A DNA stretch of 31,754 bases. It comes from a virus. Its lineage: Duplodnaviria; Heunggongvirae; Uroviricota; Caudoviricetes. Below, piece by piece: positions 24,973 through 31,754 of the stretch. Under the pieces are notes generated by a model. That model saw only the letters and a program-made list of their open reading frames with translations, made no database searches and was not told where the DNA came from. The translations under genes were made by a program, and so were the position numbers. The first letter of the stretch is position 1; each line of letters begins with the position of its first letter. The DNA is taken from the IMG/VR virus record IMGVR_UViG_3300037313_000650; one strand, given 5' to 3'.

Positions 24973-25326
24973 ATGGCAAGAAAGAACAAAACTATCAAAT
25001 TCTACTCAGATGAAGAAAAAGATATCATCAAAAAAGCAGTAGAAAAGAACAACTATCCAAGTGCTCTTGCTGGAGCTAGGGATTTAGCCCCTAAACTAAA
25101 CAGGCCCGAAGGGGGATTAGCTTTAGTAGTAGCAAGAATGATGAAGAAAATAGGTCATCCTACAGCAAAAAATAAATCCAGAGCAATGAGTAAAAAAGCT
25201 ATTGAACCGGATAGTAGAAAATTGAATTCTAAAAAGGCTAACTTACCTAAAAAGAATCAATTATCTTTCCCACTGAATAGTGTAGATTTCGAAATTAAAA
25301 ACGGTAGAATTTGGATTAGTTTTTAG
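24973..25326 (+). CDS. basic hypothetical protein, possible HTH DNA-binding
   Basis: Lys/Arg-rich; YSDEEKDIIKK...ARDLAPKLNR Myb/HTH-like pattern; own terminator. Confidence 0.8.
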   Translation: MARKNKTIKFYSDEEKDIIKKAVEKNNYPSALAGARDLAPKLNRPEGGLALVVARMMKKIGHPTAKNKSRAMSKKAIEPDSRKLNSKKANLPKKNQLSFPLNSVDFEIKNGRIWISF

Positions 25327-25336
25327 TCCATTTTAG

Positions 25337-25365
25337 AGAAGTCCCTCAATTGGGACTTCTTTTTT
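25337..25365 (+). terminator. intrinsic terminator
   Basis: agaagtccc-tcaatt-gggacttct-ttttt. Confidence 0.85.
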
Positions 25366-25390
25366 AATTCCATAACTAAATAAAAAAAAC

Positions 25391-25804
25391 ATGAAAACAA
25401 TTGAAACTATCCTTAAGGATTACAAGAGTGAAACAATAGATGGTAGGGATTTAAGTAGACTTGTACAATTTTTAACTGAAGAACAAGCTTCTAGTATTGG
25501 TATTAACTTTAAGGATGAATATAAAGGTAAGCATGAACCTATACCATTTACAAAGGAAAATGTATTGAAACAATTAGAAAGTGATGTAGAATTTGGATTT
25601 GAAAAAGCTCTGAATCAAAGAGGTATATCTGCTGGATTGATGTATGATGTAGTAAAAATGTGGAATTGGATATTAGAAGAAGGGTTAGAAGACTTTGATG
25701 ATTATGCTTATTATGGATTACCCTTATTTAAAGCCACTGCTGTAAAATACAACTTTAACAATCCTATAGGAGAAGATTCAGGAAGTGAATCTGAATATAG
25801 CTGA
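25391..25804 (+). CDS. conserved phage protein (FGFEKALNQRGISA motif)
   Basis: 137 aa; motif recalled from uncharacterised phage proteins. Confidence 0.85.
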   Translation: MKTIETILKDYKSETIDGRDLSRLVQFLTEEQASSIGINFKDEYKGKHEPIPFTKENVLKQLESDVEFGFEKALNQRGISAGLMYDVVKMWNWILEEGLEDFDDYAYYGLPLFKATAVKYNFNNPIGEDSGSESEYS

Positions 25805-25854
25805 ATATAACAAGAATTATTTTCTTATATTTGTCATACTTAAAAACAATTCTT

Positions 25855-26058
25855 ATGCTTAGATGGACTATTATTTTTCTTGTACTTGCAATCATTTCTG
25901 CAATTTTTGCTTGGGGCAATATAGCTTCTACCTCTGTAGAAGATATTGCTAAAATAACATTCTACGCCTCTTTTATTTTATTTGTTCTATCTCTTTTTGC
26001 TGGATGTAGGAGATTTTCTGATGAAACCGATAAACTTGATGAAGATTGGGGGTTTTAA
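25855..26058 (+). CDS. DUF1328 / UPF0391 family small membrane protein
   Basis: MLRWTIIFLVLAIISAIF.WG.IA.....IAKITF...FILFVLSL matches the family; TATATTTG promoter element at 25826-25833. Confidence 0.85.
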   Translation: MLRWTIIFLVLAIISAIFAWGNIASTSVEDIAKITFYASFILFVLSLFAGCRRFSDETDKLDEDWGF

Positions 26059-26076
26059 CCACTTAATATTTAAACT

Positions 26077-26133
26077 ATGAGAAAATATTGGATTCCCGGC
26101 GATCCTTCAGAGGACGAAGGAAGTGAAGACTAA
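26077..26133 (+). CDS. candidate micropeptide MRKYWIPGDPSEDEGSED
   Basis: 18 codons after a tttaaactATG start region typical of this window. Confidence 0.4.
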   Translation: MRKYWIPGDPSEDEGSED

Positions 26134-26160
26134 CTATTTACCAAACAAAAACTAACAATT

Positions 26161-26340
26161 ATGTACATTATCTTTCAAGACAAACGAACACTTGAGTGTT
26201 TTTCTGTATCTCAAAATGCATTAGACTTTCCTGAGTTCTTAGAATTTGAACAAAGGGGATTAGTAAAGAGAGTATTTGTAGGTAAAAAACGAGATTGTGA
26301 TAAGTATCTTGAAAATGAAGTTGAGGTAGAAATGATTTAA
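26161..26340 (+). CDS. small hypothetical protein (59 aa)
   Basis: Read manually: MYIIFQDKRTLECF...; terminator follows at ~26350-26374. Confidence 0.7.
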   Translation: MYIIFQDKRTLECFSVSQNALDFPEFLEFEQRGLVKRVFVGKKRDCDKYLENEVEVEMI

Positions 26341-26385
26341 TTAATATACAAAGGGGGCTAACAACCCCCTTTTAAATTTATTATT

Positions 26386-26775
26386 ATGGTATCAAAAATA
26401 ACAGCAGGTATTAAAGTTTCAGTTGAAACTTTCTACCAACTAGATTATTCAAATCCAATGCAGTCTGAATTTATGTTTGCTTACCGTATTACTATTGAAA
26501 ATCTAACTGGACATGATATGAAATTATTAAGCAGACATTGGTTTATCTTTGATTCTGAAATTGGTAATAAAAGAGAAGTAAAAGGTGAAGGTGTAGTTGG
26601 TATGACTCCTGTTATTGAATCTGGAAAGGATTTTCAGTATGTATCAGGAGTAAATTTACATTCTGAAATGGGTACAATGAATGGGTGTTACACTTTTCAA
26701 AATCAATCTACGAAGGATTTAGTAGAGGTTAAAGTACCAAAGTTCGAACTTATTGTTCCATTTAAACATAATTAA
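26386..26775 (+). CDS. apaG: ApaG (DUF525) protein
   Basis: ITAGIKVSV...FAYRITIEN...LLSRHWFI...VKGEGVVG..PVI..G..FQYVSG..L.SE.GTM.G.Y: full ApaG signature. Confidence 0.93.
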   Translation: MVSKITAGIKVSVETFYQLDYSNPMQSEFMFAYRITIENLTGHDMKLLSRHWFIFDSEIGNKREVKGEGVVGMTPVIESGKDFQYVSGVNLHSEMGTMNGCYTFQNQSTKDLVEVKVPKFELIVPFKHN

Positions 26776-26777
26776 TT

Positions 26778-27068
26778 ATGAAAGAATTAATATTACAAAA
26801 TATAAAAACTTCAGGTAAGAATACTGCTGTATGGTGTGAGAACCTTGAAGAGTGGGAGCAAGTACTAAAAATAATAGGAAATCCACAGGAACTTACTAAA
26901 GCTAATTATAATAGTTATAGAAATGAATATCCATCCATAAATGTTAATGATGGACGTTATGGTCATAGAGGATGGTATATAAATAATTCTTATGATGTAT
27001 ATCTAGCAAGTGAATTTATCAAGGCAAATACAGGACCACAAATTATTAATTCATATGAAATTTATTGA
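26778..27068 (+). CDS. YEIF-tail protein 11
   Basis: TAVWCENLEEWEQVL body, unrelated to the RxAT family; ends PQIINSYEIY. Confidence 0.8.
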   Translation: MKELILQNIKTSGKNTAVWCENLEEWEQVLKIIGNPQELTKANYNSYRNEYPSINVNDGRYGHRGWYINNSYDVYLASEFIKANTGPQIINSYEIY

Positions 27069-27070
27069 TT

Positions 27071-27310
27071 ATGCTTCCAAAATACGGATATATTAAAGAT
27101 ATGACACCAGAGCAAACTAAACAACTAATAGAGCTACTGGAAAAAGAAGGATATAAAAAGAATTCAGATAATTATGATTGGGGAGAAGGTAAGTTAGCTT
27201 GGTATAATGATAAATTTTATAGTCATATTCTAGACGATTCTAAACAACCATTATACAAATTTGAAGATGTAATCCAAAGTGAAATTATTAATAATTACGA
27301 AATATATTAA
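27071..27310 (+). CDS. YEIF-tail protein 12
   Basis: LIELLEKEGY body; ends EIINNYEIY. Confidence 0.8.
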   Translation: MLPKYGYIKDMTPEQTKQLIELLEKEGYKKNSDNYDWGEGKLAWYNDKFYSHILDDSKQPLYKFEDVIQSEIINNYEIY

Positions 27311-27314
27311 CTTT

Positions 27315-28223
27315 ATGATTATCGGAAATAGAAAACATGCAAAACCTTTTTTGAAATGGGCAGGGGGTAAGACACAGTTGATTCCAGCGATTAAGTCTAC
27401 AATACCAAATGAGCTACACAATATCCCATTTACTTATGTAGAACCGTTTATAGGAAGTGGTGCAGTATTTTTTTGGTTTCTAAGACACTTTCCAAACATA
27501 CAGAAGGCAGTTATTAATGATGTAAACAAAGATTTAATTGATACTTACCTGACTATAAAACTTTATCCCAATGATTTAGTGAAAGAATTAAAAGAATTGG
27601 AAAAGGAATACCAAAGCCTTGATTCACAAGAAAAGCAAAAGGAGTTATTTTTAAATAAAAGAGCACTTTTTAACTCGAGAAAAAACAGCATAGTTATACA
27701 AAGCTCTTTAATGATTTTTCTAAATAGAACTTGCTTCAATGGGCTTTATAGGGTAAATAGTAAAAACCAATTTAATGTTCCATTTGGCAGGTATACGAAT
27801 CCTACTATTTGTGATACGGAAAATATTTATAATGTTAGTGTAGCTTTGGAGAACGTGACAATTCTCAACCAAGACTATTCTTCTACATTACCAGAAATTG
27901 AAGGTGATACTTTCTTTTATTTCGACCCTCCTTATAAACCTCTTAGTCAAACAGCATCATTTAACTCATATGCAAAGGATATTTTTGGTGATAGTGAGCA
28001 GCAACGCCTAAAAGTTTTCTGTGATGAGCTTGATAGAAGAGGAATCAACTGGCTTCTTAGTAACTCAGACCCTAAGAATACAGACCCTAGCAATCACTTC
28101 TTTGATGACTTATATAACCATTATTACATTAATAGGGTACGGGCTAAAAGAACAATAAACTCGGATGCATCTAAAAGAGGAGATATATTTGAATTATTAA
28201 TCCACAATTATAAAATATATTAA
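27315..28223 (+). CDS. dam: Dam-family (D12 class) DNA N6-adenine methyltransferase
   Basis: KPFLKWAGGK, YVEPFIGSGAV, NDVN, NRTCFNGLYRVN..FNVPFG.Y, catalytic YFDPPY; start moved to 27315. Confidence 0.92.
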   Translation: MIIGNRKHAKPFLKWAGGKTQLIPAIKSTIPNELHNIPFTYVEPFIGSGAVFFWFLRHFPNIQKAVINDVNKDLIDTYLTIKLYPNDLVKELKELEKEYQSLDSQEKQKELFLNKRALFNSRKNSIVIQSSLMIFLNRTCFNGLYRVNSKNQFNVPFGRYTNPTICDTENIYNVSVALENVTILNQDYSSTLPEIEGDTFFYFDPPYKPLSQTASFNSYAKDIFGDSEQQRLKVFCDELDRRGINWLLSNSDPKNTDPSNHFFDDLYNHYYINRVRAKRTINSDASKRGDIFELLIHNYKIY

Positions 28224-28225
28224 TT

Positions 28226-28474
28226 ATGGAAAAGATAAACGCCCCATTTACAGAAGAACAGGTAAAGAATTTAAACGATTATCAAGATTTTGGCTCGTTT
28301 CATCTATTTACCTGTTGTTCTCCTTCAGACGTTCCTAAATGTGAAAGGGTAAGTGGAAAATCTGAAGGGTCTTTAATAGCTACTAAAAATGGTTGGGTAT
28401 GTCCTTGTGGTAAATACACCCAAACATGGACATGGAAATTTATGACTGAATCTCAAAATAATACTAATGAGTAA
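28226..28474 (+). CDS. conserved small Zn-binding phage protein
   Basis: APFTEEQV..LN..Q...FH.FTC...LIAT..GWVCPC..Y.Q.W. Confidence 0.8.
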   Translation: MEKINAPFTEEQVKNLNDYQDFGSFHLFTCCSPSDVPKCERVSGKSEGSLIATKNGWVCPCGKYTQTWTWKFMTESQNNTNE

Positions 28475-28736
28475 GATACCTACCGCAGAAGAATTTTTAA
28501 AGGAGAAAGGTTTACCAATGACTGCCAAACATTCATCAGAAACAGGGACATACTATATCATGGATGCTCTGAAGGATTTTGCCCAACTCCATGTAGAAGC
28601 GGCCCTTGAAGCAGCAGCCGTTAATGTAAAAAGACTTCCACCTGATGAGGAATATTGTCACAACTGTTACGGTACATCAGGAGTAATAGATGTAAATTCA
28701 ATTCTCAATGCTTATCCTTTAACTAACATTAAATAA
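28467..28736 (+). CDS. Bacteroidota-phage hypothetical protein (FAQLHVEAAL family)
   Basis: IPTAEEFL...FAQLHVEAALEAA...SILNAYPLTNIK. Confidence 0.8.
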   Translation: MSKIPTAEEFLKEKGLPMTAKHSSETGTYYIMDALKDFAQLHVEAALEAAAVNVKRLPPDEEYCHNCYGTSGVIDVNSILNAYPLTNIK

Positions 28737-28742
28737 ATTTTT

Positions 28743-28946
28743 ATGAATGATAGAATATTAATACAATTCCAAAGTGAAGATCAAGCCAATTACTTTTTTA
28801 ATTGGTTTAAAGAAGAAGGGTTTGGTATGTTACAAGGTAGTGCTGTAGGAGATATCCAATTGACACCAGATTTTACTTGTATCTCTTCAGATGAATTACC
28901 GGGAGCTACTTCAGACCCTAACGCTTATTATCTTGAAATTGAATAA
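28743..28946 (+). CDS. hypothetical protein
   Basis: 67-aa ORF. Confidence 0.75.
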   Translation: MNDRILIQFQSEDQANYFFNWFKEEGFGMLQGSAVGDIQLTPDFTCISSDELPGATSDPNAYYLEIE

Positions 28947-28948
28947 AT

Positions 28949-29620
28949 ATGAATAAAAAGAAATTTCCCCTCATACCTATAGAAGAGGGATATGTAATGG
29001 TAGATAGAGAACTGGATATATATGATCATAAATACTTGGTAGCTATAGATAGCTCAGGAATATTCATAAAAAAGAGCTACAATAGGACAAGTATTGAAGG
29101 AATATTATTACCACATAATTTAGGAGGTTCTATTGCATATCCTGAAGATGCAGAAGGTTGGACTCCTATCATAGCCCATACAAATATCCCTTCTTTAAAG
29201 GATAGTGGACTTCCACTGATTCACATTCCTAACAAACTTCACCAGTTAGCAAGAGAATGTGAGGTTGATGAAAATTACCAACCTAAAAATGCCACATTTT
29301 ATTATGGATTTATAAAGGGTTACAAAGCAGCAGGAGGTTTCTCAGAAGATGATATGGTGGAAGCATTCGAGAAGGGTTATCTACAATCAGGACTTGACTC
29401 ATTAGAAAATCAAGATGAGAAACCTTCGAAGTTAAAAACTATTAGTGATGCTTCCGAGGAATTCAGGCAATCCCTAAAGAAACACCCTGTAGCAGTTGTC
29501 GTATTAATGGAAAGTGATGATAGTGATCCGTATGAAGAGTTTAAAGCGTTTGATTTTAAACCCAAAGTAGTTGACGGTTACATAAAAATAGTGGAGGTGA
29601 TTTATGAGGAAGTTTTATGA
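28949..29620 (+). CDS. hypothetical protein
   Basis: 223 aa; IIAH...LPLI and GFIKGYKAA..FSEDDM..AF segments. Confidence 0.85.
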   Translation: MNKKKFPLIPIEEGYVMVDRELDIYDHKYLVAIDSSGIFIKKSYNRTSIEGILLPHNLGGSIAYPEDAEGWTPIIAHTNIPSLKDSGLPLIHIPNKLHQLARECEVDENYQPKNATFYYGFIKGYKAAGGFSEDDMVEAFEKGYLQSGLDSLENQDEKPSKLKTISDASEEFRQSLKKHPVAVVVLMESDDSDPYEEFKAFDFKPKVVDGYIKIVEVIYEEVL

Positions 29621-29656
29621 TATAAAAATGAATTCAATCAATTAAAATTATTAAAG

Positions 29657-29971
29657 ATGGACTTCAAACAATTTATGGAACTGGCTAAAGAAAAGAAAGC
29701 ACCTATCAGTATTTCAAAAGCTATTGAAAATAGTGACATAGTCAAATTATATCTTTTAATATTATGTCAGAAATGGTTAAGAGAGGAACATAGAATATTT
29801 GTCTCTGTAGATTTTGAAAGTTACCAACCTGATGTACCTAAATATTCTGCTGATGTACATAACCTATCCTCTAAGAATATGGGAGAACGGCTATTGGATG
29901 GCTTTACTTTATGTGATACCTACGAACAAGCTCTTATGGAAGGGGTCTATGAGAGTCTAAAACTACTCTAA
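29657..29971 (+). CDS. hypothetical protein (QKWLRE family), paralog A
   Basis: CQKWLREEHRIFV...TYEQALMEGVYESLKLL. Confidence 0.85.
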   Translation: MDFKQFMELAKEKKAPISISKAIENSDIVKLYLLILCQKWLREEHRIFVSVDFESYQPDVPKYSADVHNLSSKNMGERLLDGFTLCDTYEQALMEGVYESLKLL

Positions 29972-30279
29972 TGGATTATAAAGGAATATTCAATGTAGCA
30001 CAACAAAAAGGATATAAGCCTTTTCATAGTATTAACAGACTATTATCCAAACCTCTTATATATGAAAAGTTGTTATATATGGAATTGTGTCTTATTCAAA
30101 AATGGTTTAGAGATGATTTAAAGATTGAAATAATCATTTCTAAACATTTTGAGACTTCTTATCCTGAATGTTGGGGCTATCAGATAAATCCGATACATGG
30201 TTATAGGATTTTTAACGAATGTTGGACATATGAAGAAGCATTGATAGAAGGAATTTATCAAGGATTAAAATTAATTTAA
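29971..30279 (+). CDS. hypothetical protein (QKWLRE family), paralog B
   Basis: IQKWFRDDLKIEI...TYEEALIEGIYQGLKLI. Confidence 0.85.
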   Translation: MDYKGIFNVAQQKGYKPFHSINRLLSKPLIYEKLLYMELCLIQKWFRDDLKIEIIISKHFETSYPECWGYQINPIHGYRIFNECWTYEEALIEGIYQGLKLI

Positions 30280-30289
30280 ATAATAAAAA

Positions 30290-30562
30290 ATGAGTATAAC
30301 TTATAAACCATTGACTAAAGAACAGCTTCATCAAATTAAAAAAGGTGACGTAATAGAAAGAATGCTTGCATTTTCTATCCCTGTATATTTGATTGTACAA
30401 GATGTTACAGATAAGATTATTGATTGTGGATGGACATTTGACAGAGATACAGGATTAGAAATTGATGAGGATATTTCCACTACTGCTTCATACATTCGTA
30501 GGGTGTTAACTGAAGAACAAAAGAAACAAGTTAAAGAAACAGGTAAATTAGAAGATATATGA
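30290..30562 (+). CDS. hypothetical protein
   Basis: 90 aa; IKKGDVIERMLA...W.FDR.TG.EID. Confidence 0.8.
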   Translation: MSITYKPLTKEQLHQIKKGDVIERMLAFSIPVYLIVQDVTDKIIDCGWTFDRDTGLEIDEDISTTASYIRRVLTEEQKKQVKETGKLEDI

Positions 30563-31146
30563 GTAAAAAATATTTCTGTAAGTATTTGCCAGTTTCAGGA
30601 GAGATAAAAGAAGGTGATACATTTTGGAATCCTTCTACATCTGAACATTTATCTGCATCTAAAGAGATGTTATCGTGGAATTATCCTACACCTAATATAT
30701 GGAAGAAAGTGAAACTCTTTCTGTGTTCTAAGGACATACAGGTAGGTGATAATATTGATTGTGAATATAGTGTAGACAGAGTCCATTTTCATAAAGTAGG
30801 AGAAATTGCTAGAGATGCAGGTGATTGGGGATGGGAATTAAGAATTGAAGAGCCTAACCCTTCTCAGCCATTAAAATCAAGACTCTTTACAGAATTTATA
30901 CCTAAAGATTATGCTTTCAAAGTAATAGGAGAGATTTCTTCTGATGCTCTTGGATATATAACTGAAGGTGCTGAGTTTGATGAGGAACAAATAAAACGAG
31001 ACATACTTATAAAAGATACTTTTGATAATGATTATACGCATTATCACCCAAAAGGTGATGAAGCATTTATTATAAAAGGTAGTACTGAAGAGTTTATCAA
31101 AGAATATCCTATCAAAATCAAAGGTCCGTGTGGACATTTTCACTAA
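30559..31146 (+). CDS. hypothetical protein
   Basis: 195 aa; KYLPVSGEIKEGD...KLFLCS.DIQVGD...FKVIGEIS..GPCGHFH. Confidence 0.85.
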   Translation: MSKKYFCKYLPVSGEIKEGDTFWNPSTSEHLSASKEMLSWNYPTPNIWKKVKLFLCSKDIQVGDNIDCEYSVDRVHFHKVGEIARDAGDWGWELRIEEPNPSQPLKSRLFTEFIPKDYAFKVIGEISSDALGYITEGAEFDEEQIKRDILIKDTFDNDYTHYHPKGDEAFIIKGSTEEFIKEYPIKIKGPCGHFH

Positions 31147-31155
31147 AATAAAACT

Positions 31156-31380
31156 ATGACAAAGAAACACGAAGAGATAGAATTATTAAGCATACAGGAA
31201 TTCTTTAACAGATTTCCTGTATTTAAACTATCAGAAATAGCTAAACTTGCAAAACTTTCAGCCACTTCTGTAACGTATTATAAAACTGGAGACAGGAGTC
31301 CTTCTGAATATACACTCAAACAATTAAATAAGGCAATACAGAAGATAGCTAAAGATTTAGAAAATGTAGAAATATTTTAA
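31156..31380 (+). CDS. XRE-family HTH protein
   Basis: LSEIAKLAKLSATSVTYYKTGDRSPSEYTLKQL is a classic Cro/XRE HTH. Confidence 0.8.
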   Translation: MTKKHEEIELLSIQEFFNRFPVFKLSEIAKLAKLSATSVTYYKTGDRSPSEYTLKQLNKAIQKIAKDLENVEIF

Positions 31381-31383
31381 ATT

Positions 31384-31629
31384 ATGAAGACATTTATCAA
31401 CAAATTTCAAAGAGATGTAATTATTAGAGAGAAGGGTTCCCAAGTACGGGAATCTGATCCAAGAAAGTTCTTTACAATATGGCATGTGAAATTTTGCTCT
31501 GTCTTTGGTTTTGGTTACTGGAAGGATATCTATAAAGAACCATTTACTTACGGGTCTCATACTCATAATATTATCTTACCATTTCTAAGAATTCAATTTG
31601 GTAGGATGTATTATATACCTAAAAATTAA
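31384..31629 (+). CDS. hypothetical protein
   Basis: 81-aa ORF. Confidence 0.7.
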   Translation: MKTFINKFQRDVIIREKGSQVRESDPRKFFTIWHVKFCSVFGFGYWKDIYKEPFTYGSHTHNIILPFLRIQFGRMYYIPKN

Positions 31630-31635
31630 TAAGTT

Positions 31636-31754
31636 ATGACCAAAGAACAAATCAGAGAGCGGCTATTGCAACTACATCGAAGTGAAAATGCTTTGAATAA
31701 GGAAATGTCCAAAATAGATTTTGAAGTGCGGCAATTAGGTAAAAAGAAGGCCAA
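31636..31754 (+). CDS. partial hypothetical protein (runs off the window)
   Basis: MTKEQIRERLLQLHRSENALNKEM... open to the window end. Confidence 0.6.
   Translation, partial: MTKEQIRERLLQLHRSENALNKEMSKIDFEVRQLGKKKA

Noticed and set aside
28197-28223. Dam C-terminus LLIHNYKIY resembles the YEIF tag
   Set aside because: ELLIxNY is the normal end of Dam-family methylases, and K replaces the invariant acidic residue. Not counted as a tag, although partial convergence cannot be excluded.
595-31170. Opposite-strand or alternative-frame ORFs in the track (e.g. 595-822, 1584-1826, 4328-4540, 6385-6696, 9458-9751, 11100-11438, 19871-20062, 24044-24379, 30877-31170)
   Set aside because: They are shadows of better-supported genes, with no start context and biased Ile/Phe/Ser-rich composition.
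1-31754. Alternative genetic code (TAG or TGA reassignment, as in some Bacteroidota phages)
   Set aside because: Code 11 gives near-gapless coverage, including intact 711-aa and 302-aa genes, and TGA and TAG occur at coupled or terminal positions.

Overview
AT-rich, densely packed window of about 80 mostly small ORFs. It is best read as an accessory or early region of a large lytic phage infecting Bacteroidota. Evidence: host-type TTTG-N19-21-TAnnTTTG promoters, A-rich start regions without Shine-Dalgarno sequences, Bacteroidota-like ApaG and DUF1328 genes, and no housekeeping operons. A minus-strand block (1-2999) diverges from a long plus-strand block at a structured intergenic region (about 3000-4220). 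Recognisable genes are a tmRNA (23555-24052) with an unusually long 24-aa tag, an adjacent HNH-type endonuclease, a Dam-family adenine methylase, ApaG, DUF1328, a UDG-fold protein, a metzincin lipoprotein, an XRE HTH protein, a degenerate PRTase-like protein and a 711-aa protein with a YfaP/DUF2135-like C-terminus. The most striking unexplained signals are (1) twelve small proteins from several unrelated domain families that all end in the same C-terminal octapeptide [IV]-[IN]-[ND]-[NSTD]-Y-[ED]-I-[FY]-stop, conserved at the protein level, and (2) two tandem ~190-nt pseudoknotted non-coding RNA candidates (12291-12677) with the same apparent topology but no obvious sequence similarity. All assignments are by eye; no searches were run.
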